A stretch of 64,000 bases of DNA from Vicugna vicugna (lineage: Eukaryota). This document shows, in pieces, positions 25,051-39,763 of the stretch. The translations under genes and the position numbers were made by a program. Where the stretch lies: contig MU061544.1 of NCBI GenBank assembly GCA_013265495.1, positions 272,214-336,213 of the forward strand, in the 5' to 3' direction. The notes beneath the pieces are model-generated. The model was not told the DNA's origin, ran no database searches, and saw only the letters and a list, made by a program, of their open reading frames with translations. Position 1 is the first letter of the stretch. Each line of letters starts with the position of its first letter.

Positions 25051-25341
25051 CCACATGGGAAACAGAGTGCCAAATTTAGTAATTTTTGTAGAAAATATTA
25101 TTGGGCAGTCCTTGTGTTTCTTTTAACTTCTCTGTTAAATAGATTCTATAGGCTGGCTTCCATACAAAAGGATTATTTTGATTCTATTTAATATTTTGCA
25201 TTTTTATGTGAAATGTGATATAAATTAACCTGCCTAAGCATTATTATCTAGCACTTTCTATTTGGGCAATACTTTGCAAACAAGGGTTGATTTTTGAAGG
25301 AAACAGTCATTTCTACAGGAATATAATGCAAAACTATAAAC

Positions 25342-25497
25342 CAGTCATCTGTAAACTTTTTCTGTAAATGCCCAGATAGTAAATATTTCAGGCTTTGCAG
25401 GCCATATGGCTGTGCTCCAAAAAAAAAAAAAAACTTTACTTACAAAGAAAGGTAGTGGGCCTGATTTGTCCCATAGGCCATGATTTGCTGACCTTAC
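25342..25497 (-). mobile_element. Internally deleted MER58A
   Basis: AAACTTTTTCTGTAAATGCCCAGATAGTAAATATTTCAGGCTTTGCAGGCCATA ... GGCCATGATTTGCTGACC; inverse orientation to the 1577 copy. Confidence 0.8.
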
Positions 25498-28060
25498 TAT
25501 CAAGTGTTTAGAGCGTTGAATATGTATTTTCGCATTGATATCACACATAAAGACCACATGCATCTATATCGTTCTACACACAGAGAAAAAAATAGTTTCT
25601 TTCTCTAAAGAAAGTCAATTTTTCAAAGATCTGCTAGCCTTTACTCTCTCAGTATTTCATTCTTTCAAAAGATTGATATCCTGGAAAAAAGAGTCATTAG
25701 TCCAAAACATTAGACCTCAGGGATAAACCTCCAGAAAACTGATTGAGTGAACAAACCAACTTACTCTTTCGTAAAAGTCTCCTTACACTCTTATTTTGAA
25801 GGATAAATAATATCTCAACAACTGGCCAGGATTTTTTTTTTCGGTATCAAGTTTTTGTTCCACTCTCAAACACTACCAAAACACAAAATGAATATTTTAA
25901 GAAGTAAAGAATTTTGGCCACACACAGCAAAGAATGTATGACTTATTTATATTTCCACTAGACTTAGAGTTAACGCATACTCTAACTTGTTTTATTGTTA
26001 TTAATATCTAACTTTGTTCCTGCCTCCTGGTAAGTCATCAAATAGTATTTGTTGAATAAAAGAATATATTCTAAGATGGTGAAATATCTAGAATCAAATG
26101 TCATGTAGAATATAAGGTTGGTTATTTTATAAATACAGGAGTATTTATGGAGACAGAAAATAATTTGTTTCAAAGGAGAAATCTACAAATCTCAATGTGG
26201 AAAGAGGTGTTAACAGGTGCTAATTTACGCTGAGGTCAATTCTTTTCTTTGAATTGAACAGTTTCTTTCTGTCATGAACAGGTAGATCCAAGAGACAGAG
26301 GCACATAAAAATACTGAGTTAGGTCCTAGGGTTAACTGAGTCTGACATCACAGGAGATGTTGACAGAATTTAAGGTTGAGATCGCCTTCCAGGTGCCAGA
26401 ATGTCATACAATAGTCCACCGTAACCATGCATGTAGGCAGCCCTACACAGGCTGCTAGTTGTTGAGGGTCTAAATTTGTAACAATTTGTGAATGAATCAC
26501 TATGCCCTCCATAGAACTTGGCAACTGGATCAGCGCTTCTGCATCTGGCATTGTACACAATTTGCATATTGTGGAAGTGAAGCACTTTGCAATCTCTGAA
26601 ACCCATCTCATTATGGTGCAATGAGCTCATAGCCATGTGCTTTCCATCTTTAGTTCTAATTTCAGGGCAGCCGTAGCTAAAACCTAAGACACACATACAC
26701 AGCTTATGGATAATGACTGGTGAAACTGTTTTTACTTTAGTAAACTGAGGATGTTAAATTAAGAACAACTGGACTAACTACAGTGGAAGAGAGGACAGGC
26801 AAAAGTTTGTCCTCCTTAATACCAATTTCTACCAAATAAAAAATTTTTGAAATATTTGAGTAACTTTCAATGAGAAGAGTGCTGGAAATGGTTATTAAAA
26901 TTTCAACTACCTCCAAAATTTACATTTAGTTTGCATACAACACTTTCAACAATCATAAATTCATGGGAATTAGGTGCTAAATGTGTATTTCTAAAACAGG
27001 ACAAGCATTACATTTCTTCTATTCTTTATGTAGTTCGATTTTATTACTTACAAAATAATAAATGAGCATATGGGAGTAGATTTTTCTTTGCAAATTTGTT
27101 TAACACATATATTTAAAATTAGAATTAAGAGAAAGTTTACATATATGCCAGGGTGCCAGTATCCATTACACTGATTACAAGCCATACAAGAAGAAGAGCA
27201 CATCACTGCAAGCTGTCCATCACTACTAGAATTCTAAGTGTACTGACAATTAATGTTTTAGAAATGCATCCTGGAACCAAAGATTTTGGTTTCAATATTC
27301 CGCTCCCCTACAGACTTACGAGTTCTTTAATCTTTCTCTTATGAATGGTAACTTCTAGAGTTAGAATTTGGGACTTAATAGATTTATTATGAATACACTT
27401 TGGTGATATGCTATTTCAGACCTGTTTTGAGGAAAGACTACTAATTAAGGACGTTCAGTATATTTTCACAGTATGGGGAAAGGAAGTAAGATAAATATAA
27501 ACAAAAATACATCTTCTGCAGTCTTATAAAATATTCGTGGCCTATTTATTTTGAGTCTTCACATATCCACAAATGTAGTTCAGTGTTTTATAAAGTTAAT
27601 AAAAGCTTTGTTGATAGATCAATACATAGTTAAATTACCAAGTGTTATCTATTCATGGAATTAGTTTGGTGTTGCAGAAAATAAGAAAAAATACACATAC
27701 TCATCCGTATACACATATACATACAAAAGGAACACATTCTTTTTACAAACTGTCTTGGAAATGAAAAGTAGAATTCAGTCAATGAACTAATGTTTTTAGC
27801 TAAATCAATTTGATTGTTTAGACTTCCAGGCAATTATTCATTTTCTCACATTGATTTTTGTGCTGATAGATGTAGCATAACTGCCTTGACCTTGATAAGG
27901 TTACTTTTGTTAACTTTTGGTTAACTGTGTTGGGCCTCTGTTTCTCCATCTGTAAAATCAGGAGTTTGGACATGTTACTTAAATGCTTTTATCTTTAATT
28001 ATAAGGTTATTTATAACCTTGGAGGAATCAATTATAGGATGTCTGTCATAGAGTTACTAT

Positions 28061-28163
28061 GTTTATTTGTCTATTTATTTTTTAAACGGAGCTACTGGGG
28101 ATTGAACCCAGGACTTCATGCATGCTAAGCATGGGCTCTACCACTGAGCTATACCCTCCCTCC
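28061..28163 (-). mobile_element. Vic-1-type SINE (inside a MIR-like region, ~27880-28230)
   Basis: GGGGATTGAACCCAGGACTTCATGCATGCTAAGCATGGGCTCTACCACTGAGCTATACCCTCCC. Confidence 0.92.
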
Positions 28164-28227
28164 TAGATCATATATTTAAAGCATTTAACAGTTTCTAGCA
28201 CAAAGCACGTGTTCAAAAAACATCAGT

Positions 28228-28712
28228 GTACTGTGTAGGATTTTCAGTTTAAGTTCATAAAAACATAACTAAATTATAAGTGGAATGAATTGGCCTACAT
28301 AACTGAAAGCCCACTGATAGCGCTTCATTGGGCCTGGCTAGATATAAATGTTCAAAAATGTCATTGGTACTTTCTTCCATCCCTTAGATCTGCTTTCATA
28401 TTGCTTTATTCTCATATAGGGTCTTGACGTGATAAGAAAATACTGATATTTACAATGTGTAGTTGCAGAGGAAAAAGAAAGATCATTCCCTGTAGTTATG
28501 TCAACAGTCTCAGAAGGACTGTCATTTGGCAAATCCTTGAGGCCAGGGAGAAGGACCACTTTGGGGAACATTAAGGGATTCCTTTTGGTGATGGTGGGGG
28601 AGGATGAGCTCTGCTTTGAAACCCCTGGGCTAAGCAAGATTACTATGGCATAACTATGGGGTCATTTAAGAAAGGCAGACATGCTTAAAGACAAAAAGAC
28701 AAGTCCACTACA
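28228..28712 (-). mobile_element. Old MLT1K/J-like LTR
   Basis: AGGATTTTCAGTT...ACATAACTGAAAG...CTGGCTAGA...GTCTCAGAAGGACTGTCATTTGGC resembles antisense old MLT1 LTRs. Confidence 0.5.
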
Positions 28713-29539
28713 GTTATAACTTATTACTATAGAGATTATTTTAGCAGTAAATAGACTAAAGTCTCTAGTTGAACCTTTCTTTCCATATTTTATTTTCTAT
28801 TACTCTCTTCTGGGTTACCACAATCGTCTCGAAGATTCTCTTCTACTTTGTAGCTTACACTGGCTAGTTATCAAAATTAAGATGACTTACCTACCTAGGT
28901 AAATGATATTACAACTTAAACCCATAAAATTTGATGTTTGACAAATTTACTTTAGATGACCTAAAAAAATACAATGAAGATCTAAATCTTTGGAATAACT
29001 TTTAGGGAGTAATACTCATGGAGAGACTACATTTATTCAAATATGCACTAGAAATAAATATTTATTTTAATGTTTAAACCTGGGGTAAAAAATGATCATT
29101 GATGCTTCAAAAATAATATGGTACAGAGGATAAAAGCCTGGGTAAAAGCACTTTTTTCTTATTGGTGGCCTAACTCTAGGTACCTTTGCCAAAAAGGATT
29201 TTTTTTTTTTCCAGTTTAGAAGTAGAGCGGGCAGTTTAAATGTTAAAGATTCCACAGCACTTTTCATGTGAAAGAAAGTATTTTTTTAATCTCCTTCCTT
29301 AGTCAACAGAATCTCACTTAAGAATTAAAAGCAGAGCCTACTCTTTGGGCTTATTTATGAGTATTTTCAGCTAAGGCAGTATTCACTGTTTACACATGAA
29401 AATGAAGGAGAGAAGACTGAAATTTTATAATCATGGTATATTGATGACATTTTGATGGAAGACACAAATGTAACATTTGATGCTGTAATTTAAAACAAAA
29501 ACAGATCTCTGCTTTAACTTTACTTATGTGATCATGATT

Positions 29540-30000
29540 TTTTTAAAATAAACTTTTAATTTCAAAATAATTTTAAACTTATAGGAAACTGCTAAGATAA
29601 TAGAGTTCTGGTATAACCTACATCCAGTATTCCCTATTATTAACATCTTATATTAATTATGGTACATTTGTCACAATTAATAAACCAATATTGACACATT
29701 ATCATTCACTAAATTTCCTACTTTATTCAGAATTCCTTTTTTTTTTTTTTTTCCCACTACTGTCCTTTTTCCTAGTCTAGGATCTCATCAGGGATCCTAC
29801 ATTACATTCCATCTTCTCTCCTTAGGTTCCTCCTGGCTGTGACCACCATTTCTCAGACTTTCCTTGTTTCTGATGACCTTAAGATTTTTAAGGAGCACTG
29901 GTTAAGTATTTTGTAGAGTGACCCTCGACTGAGATTTATCTGATGTTTTTCTCATGATTAGACAGCATTACAGGAAGACGAGCACAGAGGTAAAGTGCCT
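29540..30000 (-). mobile_element. L1MC4/5-type 3' UTR
   Basis: TTAACATCTTATATTAATTATGGTACATTTGTCACAATTAATAAACCAATATTG...TTTCTCAGACTTTCCTTGTTTCTGATGACCTT. Confidence 0.8.
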
Positions 30001-31163
30001 AGTTTTTTTCCTGTAATTAGGATAAGAGGGACAACTTACAAGCATTTTAAATGTCAGAGATGGAACAGAACTCATGACTTTTTAAGTGAATTCTAAGGCA
30101 CTGATATGATTTATATTAGACTGTCTAAAGTGGACAGCAGAGATGTGCATACTGAACAGAATTACAGCTCTTCTCAGAAATCTAGCTCACAACTTTTGTT
30201 CTCAGAATGGACACTTAGCTCTGGCTGAACACAGGTCCACTGAGTTTTCTTGAGAACATGTCTTACTTTGATTAGTAATGGTAGAAAAATGTTTTCTTCT
30301 TGTAAGGGAATTACTTGATTCCATATTAGGTAAAAGCTCCTGAAGGCAATATCACACAGAAAAAAGCAAAATTATTACCAATTACCCTCTACAAGCATTT
30401 ATAACATTGTTGGATAATTTAGAGTAATGTCTTATATAAGAACAATTATCTTTTTTTCTACCTTTGTCATATCCACTTTTATGCAGGAGATTGTTCAGAC
30501 ATCTGAAGCCTAATTATAAATAATTAATCTATTTTTGAAGTCAAGAATATCTTACTGATTGTCTTTCTCCAAGCAATGCCATACTATTTTGTCGAAAATT
30601 CAGTATAGATCCAATTCAAGATATAGAAAGTTAAAAATTTAATAAAATAAGGGAGATTTTGTTTCCCTAAAGCTAAATGGAACAGAAACTCTTCATTATA
30701 TACCTTTATAAAAATTGTGATTAGGCTCATATTATTCTATTTTTTAAAAACTTTCCTAGAATTAAAATACTTAATGGGTTGTTTTTAGACGTTGGGGAAT
30801 AAAAATTGCTCCAAACTACAAACAAATTGAGTCCTACGATTTTGAAAGAACTCAAACTTCCAAATCCTAACTTGAAAACCACATACTAAAATTACAGAGC
30901 ATCAAAATAGACCCTTTATAGACAAAATCATGGGCCATTTGATATCAAAATGAAATATTCTTTGGAAAAAAAAAACTTTAGGTCAGCATCATAAAAGTAA
31001 TATGATATACTGTATTTCTAGATAAAGATGGTGGAATAAAGCCATTTCCCCCCATCTTCCATGAAATCATCCCAAATGAAGAAATGAAACAGAAATAGAA
31101 ATAAATATTTCCGAAGAAGCAATGAAGCAACTACAACCTTCAACCAATCACAAGTTTTGAAGT

Positions 31164-31853
31164 ACAATCAATTCTCATCATTTGTGGTAGTTAAGTTCTA
31201 TAAAGTCATCACAAACCACAAAATTTCAGAATTAGTAAATACTAAACCACTGTTACTAGGAAAAATACAGGGTTAGATTCCTGTGAGCTTCTGGTCATAT
31301 TTTCATCATCTGACCTTGTTTTATGTATCTTTCCATTTAAAGACATCTTATTTTATTTATTTACATATATATATCTATATATGATATAGATATATGATAT
31401 AGATATATATATATTTATATTTGATTTCATTAACATTGAACTAACAGCCAACAGCACTGTAACTTATGCCTGATGAAACTTACTTAACATGTGTACTTTC
31501 TCCATAAGGCATATCGTAGCCTTTTTGTACTTAGGAGCACTAGATAGCACATAAACACTATGGTTTGGGCCATTTTAAAAAGTGAAATCACCAACAAAAA
31601 GCACAAAAATGTGGCATTAAATAGACTGCAGAAAGGACACTTGTTTATAGTGTGAGAGCTGAGACAGGAATGCTGAGTGTTGCCTTGTTTGAACTCAGCT
31701 GGGAACATGCACATTGGGCAAAACTCAAAATTTCCATCACTCTGCACATATCTATGAATGACTGTGAAAGCACTATGCGTATTTATTTTGAGGTTACAAA
31801 TGAATATTATCAGCATGCAATTTATCCAATATGAAATCTGCAAATAATGTATA
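31164..31853 (-). mobile_element. MER82 (TcMar-Tigger MITE)
   Basis: AAAGGACACTTGTTTATAGTGTGAGAGCTGAGACA...CTCAGCTGGGAACATGC; TA-flanked CAATCAATTCTCATCATT terminus. Confidence 0.8.
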
Positions 31854-32469
31854 TCACATAAAGGCAGTAAAAATCTGGTCCCAAATGTAGGGGCTGTGGA
31901 GGGTGGCCAAGAGGCTAAATACCTCTTCTGGCAAGATACTGATTTATCTGAAAGTGCATGGTCAAGTTTCCAAGATCTTGCTAATACTCCTGTAATGATG
32001 GTAAGAGATCACGAAAGGTAAGCAGCCATGGGAGAGGGAAATGCTTCTTTTAAAGAAATGCTTCTTTTCCCATGGTTAATGGTAAATGGAACTGGAACTC
32101 AAGAAATGACCATGCACATGCACACCCTGTTTTTTTTCCTATTCCCTCAATCATTAATGTAAATGGGCACCTATAGACCACCAGACTGCTGAAGAAATCT
32201 TGGAATGTGAAAAAAAAAGAGACTAAATATATATTAAAATATATTAGATCAATAGATAAATGATAGATAATAAACTGCTAGCAAGATAAGCAAATCCTAA
32301 AGAAGAAAGGATAATTTAAGAGATAGAAAACATTTATTTTTTAAAACTTGATCATTAGATTTCTAGTGTCATCACTCCATCCTAACAACAAGCAAAAAGC
32401 TAAACAAATTGAAAAATTAATAATTCTTAGATCTGTCAGAGAAGTGATGTAACAAGGCCAAGTCTGCTC

Positions 32470-33605
32470 CATGTATGATCCATTAAATGAATAATTAATA
32501 AGCTGGACTTCATTAAAATTAACACGTCTTCTCTGCCAATGACACTGTCAAGAGAATGAGAAGACAAACAACACACTGGGAGAAAATATTTGCAAAAGAC
32601 ATATTTCATAAAGGTCTGTGCTCTAAAATGTACAAAGAACTCTTCAACTCAACAATGAGAAAATGAGGATCCAATTAAAAAATGGGCAAAATGTTTAACA
32701 GACACCTCACCACATCTGGTAAATAAGCATATGAAAGGGTGCTCAGCATCATATGTCATTAAGGAATTGCAAATTAAAGCAAATCCAAAACACTAAGTGT
32801 CGGTGAGGATGTGGAATAACAGGAACTCTCATACATTGCTGGTGGGAGTGCAAACTGGTACAGCCACTTTGGAAGACAGTTTGTCAGTTTCTTATAAAAT
32901 TAAACATATTCTTGCTAAATGATTCAACAGTCGTGCTCTGTTATTTATTCAAAGGAGCTGAAAACTTAGGTCCACACAAAACCTGCACACAGATGTTTAC
33001 AGCAGCTTTATTCATAATTGCCAAAACTTGGTTGCCAAAACCAAGATGCCCTTCAGTAGGTAAATGGATAAATAATCTGTGGTACATCCAGACAACAGAA
33101 TATTATTCAGCAGTAAGAAGCAATGAGACAGCAAGACATGAAAAGACATGGAGGACCCTTAAATGCATTTTACTAAGTGAAAGGAACCAATGTGAAATGG
33201 CTACATACTGTATGATTCCAACTATATGAATTCCTGGAAAAAAATACGTAGATGATAAAAAGATCAGTGGTTGCTAGGGATTGGGGTGGGAAAGGATGAA
33301 AAGGCAGAGCACAGGGGATTTTTAATACAGTAAAAATACTCTGTGTGATATCATAATGATAGATGCATGTCATTTAACATTTTTCCATATCCATAGAATG
33401 TACTATACCAACAATGAACCCTACGGTCAACTATAGACTTTGAGTGATTATGATGTATCAATGTAAGTTTATCAAATGGGCCAGGTGGGGGACATTGATA
33501 ATGAGAGAGGCCATGCATGTGTGGGAGCAGGAGATATATGCGGAATCTCTCTACCATCCCTTCAATTTTGCTGTGAACCTGAAACTGCTTTTTAAAAAGA
33601 CTATT
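32470..33605 (+). mobile_element. L1MC1-type ORF2 end and 3' UTR
   Basis: ORF 32912-33229 includes L1 ORF2 C-terminal CTQMFTAALFIIAKTW...PRCPSVGKWINNLWYIQTTEYYSA; 3' UTR TTTTGCTGTGAACCTGAAACTGC. Confidence 0.9.
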
Positions 33606-36600
33606 TAAAAATTCTTAATTAGGATTTTTAGAAAGATTTGAGAAGAATACTCAACTAGGTGAGAAATAAAGGAATAAGCAGAGAATAAGACAGGCCTCTT
33701 AGAATTAATAAAACCATTTAAAGAACAACAAAAGTGTTGGAGAGAAAAATTGGTAATTTGCCAAGTAAGTAAAAATAAGACAGAAATGGGACATAAGACG
33801 TAGGAGATAAGAGAAACAGTAGGTATTTGAAAAAACAAAGGTTTATACATTAAAAAATATATATTTGTATACATATCACTGAGTTGACATAAGGGTAAGA
33901 ACTCTCTAGGTTTCCCAAAATGAGGCATAAGCAAGAACCCTTGGTGATAAGGAAGTGCCAAAGCTTGCTTTCAATTTGAGTATGCTAACGAAATCCTGGA
34001 TACTTTGGACTTTTGCACTGGGTATCATGGCAAGATTTTCAAACCTAGGGTCTGTCCATAATGGGTAGTCCAATGGGATACTCCCTGCATTACAACGGAA
34101 CTGCAAACTATGAATGTGTAAAAAACCTTTCTGTAGAGAAGGAAGCCAGAAGGAAACTTACCCAATTCAGTTTAGGCATGAGGTAGAAGTTTAAAACCAA
34201 ACCAAACCAAACAAAATAAAAATGAAAAAGATAAAAGCCTATCTGATAATTCTGGAAAGAAATATGACTCTAGCAGGTTCTGGTTTGATTTCAGTCCACC
34301 TGATTTTTTTTAAAAATTTCATTTAATTTTAAATTGTCCTGAATTGGTAGGGCACCCAAGGAACAAACACAAGCCCTTTATAAGAGACACATGTAAAGCA
34401 AAAGACTGCACAAATTTTGAACATAAACAAATATGGAAAAAATAGGAAAATACAGACAAAAGGAAGATTTATCAATTAAAATAGATACTAAGTCATTGTT
34501 AAAGTTACAATGGTTACTTTATACACAGTAAATATTTTATTTCTAAAGTTGTATGAATCTACTAACATGGCTCAAAATATTTAAGTGAAAAAATGTAAAT
34601 GAGTGATGAGGAGAACTTGCCAAAGAAACCAAACTTTTAGGAGATTTTAAGACAATTATTCCAATAAGTAATAAATCAAACATGAAATATAATAAATATA
34701 TGTATATTAATAAAATGAAATTAAATTATTAACACATTTTGGGGAAATATGAAAAGACAATTAGAAATCTTTAAAATATTTTTAAAACTAATAGCTCAAA
34801 AATATATCAGAATAAAGATAAATCTTATAACTGAATAACAGAAATGCTCCAAATGAAAATTTGAGAGGTGCAACTAGAACTGAGAGATGATAGCCTTAAA
34901 AGCTTACACTAGAAAACCAGACAGGATAAAAACTAATGAGTTAATTATCAAATTTAAGAAGTTATAAAGAAAGAGTTAAAGAAATCTAAAAAAAAAAAGA
35001 GGGAATGAACTCTGAACAATGACAAAGTTGACTGTGTAAAAGATCATTTGATGCAACTCTAGTGAGACAGCAAGAGAAAAAAAGCAAAGAAATAAACAAT
35101 ACTAAGATTTACTTTCAATAACAAAACCAGAGAACCTGTACAAACAAAACAGATACTAAAGTAAACATATGCAAAACATTATGATAAGAAATCTTTGGAA
35201 TTAGCCAAGAGCTATTATCTGTAGAAAATCCACTTTCTTTCTGCTCAGTGGTAAATGGTGTTGCCTTCACATCTAGCCCAGGCACTTACCTACTATTGCC
35301 CAAGACTTAGTTTCATTCTGTCAATATTCATCCAAGAAAGTAAACACCAGCCATATGCTATGGTGTTTTTTTATAAAGATAAAGATTACTATAAATACTA
35401 AAGAACACCACTTATCTTGGCCACTAAAACTTGCTCCTAAGTATCAACAACTCACAACAAGCTAAGTAAAGGGAGCCATTCCAAAATGGTGAAAGGGAAA
35501 TAAAGTACTTCATCTTGTAATGAGGACTAAATTGTTTTATCTCTCCTGCTGAGAATATCTAGAAAAATTGGAGAAATTATAAAACAAATTTCTGTTGGAA
35601 GACTTTGCTGATCTACAAAGAGAAGGAGAAGACTCTGGAGATAAGCCCAGATATTGTATTCAATTTCCCACTGAGACATTTGCTAATATTTAAAGATGCA
35701 GCTTAGAGTCTGAGAAAGAGTGATTTCAGACTGAGAGAGCTGTAAACAATGATGAATGCAGATTTTGCCAAAAGTAGGGGCTGGAGAAAACATGTGGAAA
35801 GGCTACAAGCTAGGGACAAAAGCCTGCTGTGAAAGGAAGCCAACAAATATAAATCTTTAGGGGAAAGCCTCATTATCTAGATTCTCAAATTATTTCTACA
35901 TTATTTCATAGGCAATGTGCAGTACTAAATAAAACATAACCAGGCATAAAAGAAAAACCAAACAAAAAATGATGCTCAATATTTTTGAGAGGGTGAGTGG
36001 ACAGGAAGATACATCTATATCTCCATCTTTCCAGAAAGCAGCTACAGGAGCAAATGGAAGGTAATTATAGGAAAGAACAGATGAGACATGTACACCAGCA
36101 ACCAAATCCAGATTGGTTAATTCTGAAACATATGTTAATAAAATGATTAGACTTAAAAGATAAGCCCCTCCGGACCTCCAGGTGAAAAGAATGTCACGTA
36201 ACAAAGGAAAAAAAAAATCAAGTTTAAGTCTGACTTTTCGACAGCAACACACAAAGAAGCAGAAAAGCAACATTTTCAAGGAATGCAAAAAAATAAAGTG
36301 AGAATCAAAGAGTTTATATGTGGCCAACGTGTCCTTCAAGTACAAGACTAAGGAAAAACACTGTTATACAGGTATGCCAGATTCAGAGAGTACTGTCCTA
36401 ATAAACCCTTCCAAATCTACTACATTTGTGTAACTATAGGATAAGATTCATACACCCACTGATGACAGGAGAAACTTCAGGAAGGTGACTAGTAGTGAAC
36501 ATTAAATGGATATAAAAGTTGGTTTAGATCAAGAACACAGTTGGAAGTAAGAACTGAAGTCTAAAACATAAATGTCATTTGTTCCATGAAATAGATACAA

Positions 36601-37433
36601 TGGAATCTTAAAAACCGAGGAGAATTAAAATGTAGAATAAGCACATTGGGTGCATTTAGATAATATGTGGGTAGCAAGAAACAACATTTAAAGCTTATAA
36701 ACCAAAGACATGACTAAATAAGAATAAGAAGGATAACAGCATTATGTTAGAGTATTAGTTTAAGGTAACAACTAGTGAAAATACTAAACCTTCCTAAGTC
36801 CAAAAAGAAAACTCAAATGAGAAGACTAGAGAGTGAAATATAACATACCAAACATAATATAGAACAGTTTAATAGAGTGGAATCTAACTGTATTAGTCAT
36901 ATCAGCCATTCCAATAAAAGCAAATAGACTAGATTCACCTATTAAATTGAAATTGTTTTCAGAGTGGCTCATAAGGCAAAACCCAAGGCTATGCTGAAAT
37001 CATGAGATACAACTTTTAAAAGGTGATTCAGAAAGGCTAAATATAAAGGGATAAGAAAAAGTATGTCAGGAAACTGTGGGAAAAAAAAAAGGGAGAAAGA
37101 GAAGGTAGTGGTTATGATCCTTATATTCAGCAAGGCAGAATTCAGGTCAAAACACTAAAATATGAAAGAAAGAAAAGAAAAGGAAAAGAAAGGAAAAAAG
37201 GAAGAAAGAACACAATTTTAAAGTCAAATTCACAATGTAGACATAACAGTTATAAATATCACTAAATAACATACCTATATAAAGCAGAAATTACATGATA
37301 TACTAGGAATAATAGAAACAGACTAATAAATAGGACTCCTTAACACACTACTTTCAAATCAAGCCAAGTGAAGTGGACTGAAAAACACTAGAAATACCAA
37401 AGACCCAAGCACACTAATTATTAAAGTCTAATG

Positions 37434-37543
37434 TACTAACTCATATGTATATATATGATTTCTGTTCCCTAGAATTAACACATTTTATAAATCAACTACA
37501 CTTCAATAAAAATAAATAAATAAAAATAAAATTTAAAAATTTA
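37434..37543 (+). mobile_element. Very short cetartiodactyl-type L1 3' end
   Basis: TAAATCAACTACACTTCAATAAAAAT tail; 11-bp TSD AAAGTCTAATG (37423-37433 / 37544-37554). Confidence 0.8.
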
Positions 37544-38384
37544 AAAGTCTAATGGAATACATATCAAACTTTTCACTCCAGTAATTGAGGATGCACATTT
37601 TTTCTCAAATGTATTTGGGACATTTACAAGGTTAATTGGGTCACAAAAGAAAGCTCAATACGTGCAAATAATATAAACAGCATACTTGGTTCACAATTCA
37701 ATATGTTAGAAACCAATATATTTTTAAAAACACAATTCTGTTTAGAAATTTAAAAATTCAATACTGCATTTTATATTCTATGGGATACAATTAAAGTAGT
37801 GATAAAATAGTCACACTCTTAAATATTCATATCAACATAAATGAAAAAGATGAAAATACATTAATTAAATATTCCACTCAAAAAACTAAAAACAACAAAA
37901 TACAGTAAAAGAGAGCAAAAAGAAGGAAATAATAGGGCTTACAACAGAAATTAATGCATTAGAAACCAGAAAAGTAGTACAACTACATATAATGAATGTC
38001 TCATTTCTGTGAAAAATTAATGAAATATCCTCAGCTAAACTAACCAAGAAAAAAAGCACAATTCACAGTAAGTCTGAAATAATCCCTAAAAGAGAGGACC
38101 TAATTTGCAAAACTCTTTACAAGTAAACTTGGAAACCTCTGTGAAATAAATGATTTACTAGGAAATATAATTTACCAAAATGTATTCCTACAGAAAAAAA
38201 ATATACCAAACCAATTTTTGTGGGAGAAATATAGAGGGTTACCAAAGAACTGCCCTCTAAAAAAAAGGAGCAGGTTCAAATTGTTTATTGGAAATCCTTC
38301 TACACCCTCAAGGAGAAAATGCTGCTACCTTTACCTAAACTCTTGCAGAGCACAGAAAAAGAAGGAAAATTTATAATTAAATGT

Positions 38385-39310
38385 TCTTGTTTTATTTTTT
38401 ATTGTGATAAGAACACTTAACGTGAGGTCTACCATCTTAAACTTAAAAAAATTTCTTTTCATACAATTTTTAAAGGTTACTTTCCATTTAGGGTTGACAA
38501 AATATTGGCTATATTCCCTATGCTGTACAATACACTCTTGAGTTTATTTTACACACAATAGTTTGTAACTTCCACTCCCCTAGCCCTATATTGCTCCTTC
38601 CCAGTCCCTCCTCACTGCTAACGACTAGTTTGGTCTCTGTATCTGTGAGTCTCTTAAAACTTGTATATGTACATTACAGTATTATTAACTACAGTCACTA
38701 TGTTGTACAGCAGATCTCTAGAACTTAATCCTCTTGTATAACTGACACTTCATATCTGTTGAATAAAAACTCCCCATTCCTCCCCAGCTTCTTGGCAACC
38801 ACTATTTTACTCTGCTTCTATATGTGTGACTACCTTCGATACCTCTTATAAATGGAGTCATGTTGTATTTGTCCTTCTGTGACTGGATTATTTCACTTAG
38901 CATAATGTCCTCAAGGTTCAGCCATATTGTCACATATGGCAGGATTTCTTTTGGAGGGAGATAGGAGAGGTAATTAGGTTTATTTGTTTGTTTGTTTACT
39001 TGTTTTAATACAAGTACTGGGAATTGAACCCAGGACCTCGTGTACGCTAAGCACGCACTCTACCACTGAGCTATACTCTCCCCTAAAGGATTTCTTTTAT
39101 AAAGATGAACAATATTTCACCATATGTATATACCACTTTTTGTTTATCCATTAACCTACTAACATTTAGTTTCTATCGACATCTTGGCTACTGTGAGGAA
39201 TGCTACAATGAACATGGATGTGCAAAAAGTCTCTGCAAGATCCTGATTTCAATTCTTTTGGATGAACACCTAGAAGGGGATTGTTGGATCACATGGTATT
39301 TCTATTTTTA
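38385..39310 (-). mobile_element. L1MA-type 3' end with a nested younger L1 fragment (~38450-38655) and a SINE
   Basis: TGTACAGCAGATCTCTAGAACTTA; TATTTCACTTAGCATAATGTCCTCAAGGTTCA. Confidence 0.85.
38953..39083 (-). mobile_element. Vic-1-type SINE
   Basis: Body plus GGTAATTAGGTTTATTTG tail; 12-bp TSD AGGATTTCTTTT (38941-38952 / 39087-39098). Confidence 0.92.
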
Positions 39311-39672
39311 ATTTAAAATATTTTTTAAATGAAGCAAGAATAGCATTGATACTTAAATCTGATAAATATTGTACAAAAAAATGAAACCACAAGTTAATCT
39401 CATTTTGATTCTTAAATCTTAGAAATGGCAAATGATATTAACAGATTTTTAAAATATTGAACAAGGCTTGCATTTTAAAAATCAACCCTACTTGTTCATG
39501 GTGTAGTTTTTGTGGGGGAGGGGCTTAGATTCCGTTTATAAATAATTTATTTTCAATTTCTTCAGAAGTGTTCAAAATGAGACTGGATACTGAATATATT
39601 TTCACAAAATTTAACAAGTATTTCTGATAAAAGCACTTAATAAACTTAGAATCAACAGGAGCTTCCTTAACC

Positions 39673-39763
39673 ATAGATAGCTAGAAAGATGATAGATAAA
39701 TGATATAGTAGGTAGATAATGGATGGATGGATGGATGGATGGACAGATGGATAAACAGACAGA
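39673..39763. repeat. Degenerate (GATA)n/(GGAT)n simple repeat
   Basis: Read directly from the sequence. Confidence 0.8.

Noticed and set aside
32912..33229. 105-aa ORF
   Set aside because: Decayed L1 ORF2 C-terminus, not a host gene
35896..36345. 149-aa hydrophobic ORF (minus strand)
   Set aside because: Antisense reading of A-rich L1 ORF1-region sequence
2498..39083. tRNA-like sequences at 2498, 10036, 10162, 28061 and 38953 as tRNA genes
   Set aside because: They carry SINE tails, A/T-rich ends, TSDs in some copies and independent substitutions; they are Vic-1-type SINEs
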